A DNA stretch of 60,578 nt, the filler included, from Sphacelaria rigidula (taxonomy: Eukaryota): the NCBI GenBank assembly GCA_964200075.2. It is 6 parts of 6 records of this genome, joined end to end, with 100 filler letters (N's around TTAATTAATTAA, not from the genome) between each part and the next. Parts side by side here need not be neighbours in the genome. Positions count along the whole stretch, not along the records: positions 50,568 to 60,578 come from CAXNAA020007324.1; 5 more parts are not named here. One strand, given 5' to 3'. The notes under the pieces are model-generated. The model had not been told where the DNA came from. It worked only from the letters and a program-made list of their open reading frames with translations, and did not search any database. Made by a program: the position numbers and the translations under genes. Below, piece after piece: positions 58,738 to 60,578 of the stretch (positions within the stretch are counted from its first letter, which is position 1; the number at the start of each line of letters is the position of its first letter).

Positions 58738-60578
58738 CTGTAAGATGTAAGATGGGAGTGGTAGTCGATCGACGGGTGGAAAGTGATAGGGTTCGAGTGT
58801 GCCTGTCGTCATCCACAGTTTGGTGACGCGATGCAAGGGTATGCTATGATGATGCGACGGCCCGTGATGGCATGAATGGTTTTTGACGTCCGCGACGATC
58901 AACCTGAGTCAATGGGATGGTGGGGAAAAAAAACGCCGGTGGGAACAGCCGCAACGGCACACTGTCCCCCAAGAGGGGGTGTTGAAAGAAACCTCAGTCG
59001 CCCTGTATATCGTACGATGGTATCCGTCATCCGAAGAGAGAGAACGCGAGTTCACAAAAACGTTTCGATAAGAGACTACGGGCTGAGGGAATGCTGATCG
59101 AATAGCCGACAATACATCGTCAGGTAGGTACCGGGGACAGCATGCACAACAATGATGTCAAAACTGCACCCTTTGGGGCGGAAAGACTGAGAAAGTGTTC
59201 CGTCGACATCGTTGATGCTGGCCCAATACCGTACGAACCCGAACGCAATCGAGTACCTGTGTTTTAGTGGAGCCAGGATATCTGCAGATATATGGATGTT
59301 TCATGGTGGATGTCTGTATGCGATACTGCTATCCTGCAATATTTGGTACACCTATGCATCTGGAAAAATGAACCTTCTCCGCACTCTGACGACCTTGCAA
59401 GCCACTCACCCCGCTGTTTAGATTGAAAAATGAAGAAATCTATCACAGACAATGTTGGGATGCTCCTGGCGCCCGGAAACTCGAAAGGAGTGAAGTTCCG
59501 GTGTAGGGCAGCTTGGCAATCATGGGACCTCACCTGTTTCTTCTGCCAGGTATTCCCCAGCGTGTCTCACCAGGCGTAAGCTACATGCGGTACGATACAG
59601 CCAGGTTCGACTCCCTTAGCATTGCTTCACATACTTCGATGGAAGTCTCAGGTGATAGCATGTGTTAACACAGACAAAATCGAACCTGAAACTGATGCGA
59701 TCCGATCTCGATTTCGCGATCTCGGTCTAGCAACGGCAGAAAATATGCTTGGGAGGCGAATGAGCTTTGGGACCACAGCGACATGCAGTAGCAGTCGCTG
59801 AGCAAAACCACAGCCAATTTAAGGGCTGCGAGTGATGGCCTAAATAGTTGCACTGCAATCCAAACACCGGTGCTGGATAGCCATCACGACAGCTCTTGAC
59901 CGCGCATGATGTGCTTCGTTTTGACTTCGATTCGCCAGAAGATGAGGTGGCAATGGCTAGTTTCGCAAAGCAACGCACCAATGGCGCCAGACCTGCTCCC
60001 TTTGGGGCGGGAAGACTGCTCGACCGTGAACACATATCGCCGATGCTGTTCCAATACGGGACCGAACGCAACCGATGAAAGTACCTCGTGTTCTCGCGGA
60101 ATCAGGCTATTCGTTGGTGCACGCGCGTTGCATTGCGGATGTCCGCTCGCGATGCTGCATGCCCCGAAAGAATAGGCCAACTCTTAGATATCGAAACGTG
60201 CTGGCAAGCCGTGCCATACTGATCTGTCTGCTGACCAGCTGATAGTTATTAGCATTTTCCCAACCGGTATATTTTCCTCGCCTTTCGATTCAAAGCCTTC
60301 ACATCTCTTCGATTTTGGGCATGCGTTAGTTTTTTGCGGAGGCCTCGGGGAATCGAACCAAGCCACTCATTCTGTACGTGCTGGTCTACAGCTTTGGAGA
60401 TCCGAACGTTGTGTTTACGGCGCCGCGTGGCGCCGCCTGACCGCCGTTGCCCGGAGCAACACTGTCCTAGTCGCTGTAACTATATATAGTGCGGACCTTC
60501 CTATGACCCAGGAGATAGATGGTGGCCAGAGACGGCGAAACAGGACGGGGATGAGAAATGTGAAAGTTTTTGTGTAAT

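Noticed and set aside
59534..59580. Further CCDC112-like exon ending WQKKQ|gtgag
   Set aside because: In-frame TGA eleven codons upstream and no convincing acceptor in between
1..60578. Functional cluster linking the SNF2 ATPase, ABC transporter, PP2C and CCDC112 genes
   Set aside because: The genes are on separate, artificially concatenated contigs

Overview
This is eukaryotic, intron- and repeat-rich genomic DNA, most likely a brown alga (Phaeophyceae; inferred from exon/intron style, CA-rich acceptors, a heterokont-type plastid presequence and repeat content). It is not one locus. Six unrelated contigs (1-10015, 10116-20130, 20231-30244, 30345-40356, 40457-50467, 50568-60578) are joined by artificial 100-nt linkers (N44-TTAATTAATTAA-N44), in order of decreasing size. 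Partial spliced genes I could reconstruct with consistent exon phases: a Mot1/BTAF1-like SNF2 ATPase (contig 1, +), an ABCB-type ABC transporter (contig 2, -), the last exon of a PP2C phosphatase (contig 4, -), a head-to-head pair made of an RD/RE-rich protein and a probable plastid-targeted protein (contig 5), and a CCDC112-like coiled-coil gene with a probable GC-AG intron (contig 6, -). Most other sequence is tRNA-derived SINEs, LINE 3' ends, MITEs and degenerate minisatellites. I cannot support a new multi-gene system. The most unusual signals are: (i) two non-LTR retroelement families that share a 3' end (...ATGAGTAC plus a C-tract) and stack head-to-tail at C-tracts, (ii) a minisatellite made of copies of a working splice acceptor, (iii) loop-less palindromic MITEs and a Sola-like MITE with a 4-bp TSD, and (iv) a possible decayed KDZ-type transposase. 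All family assignments come from motifs read by eye; no searches were run.
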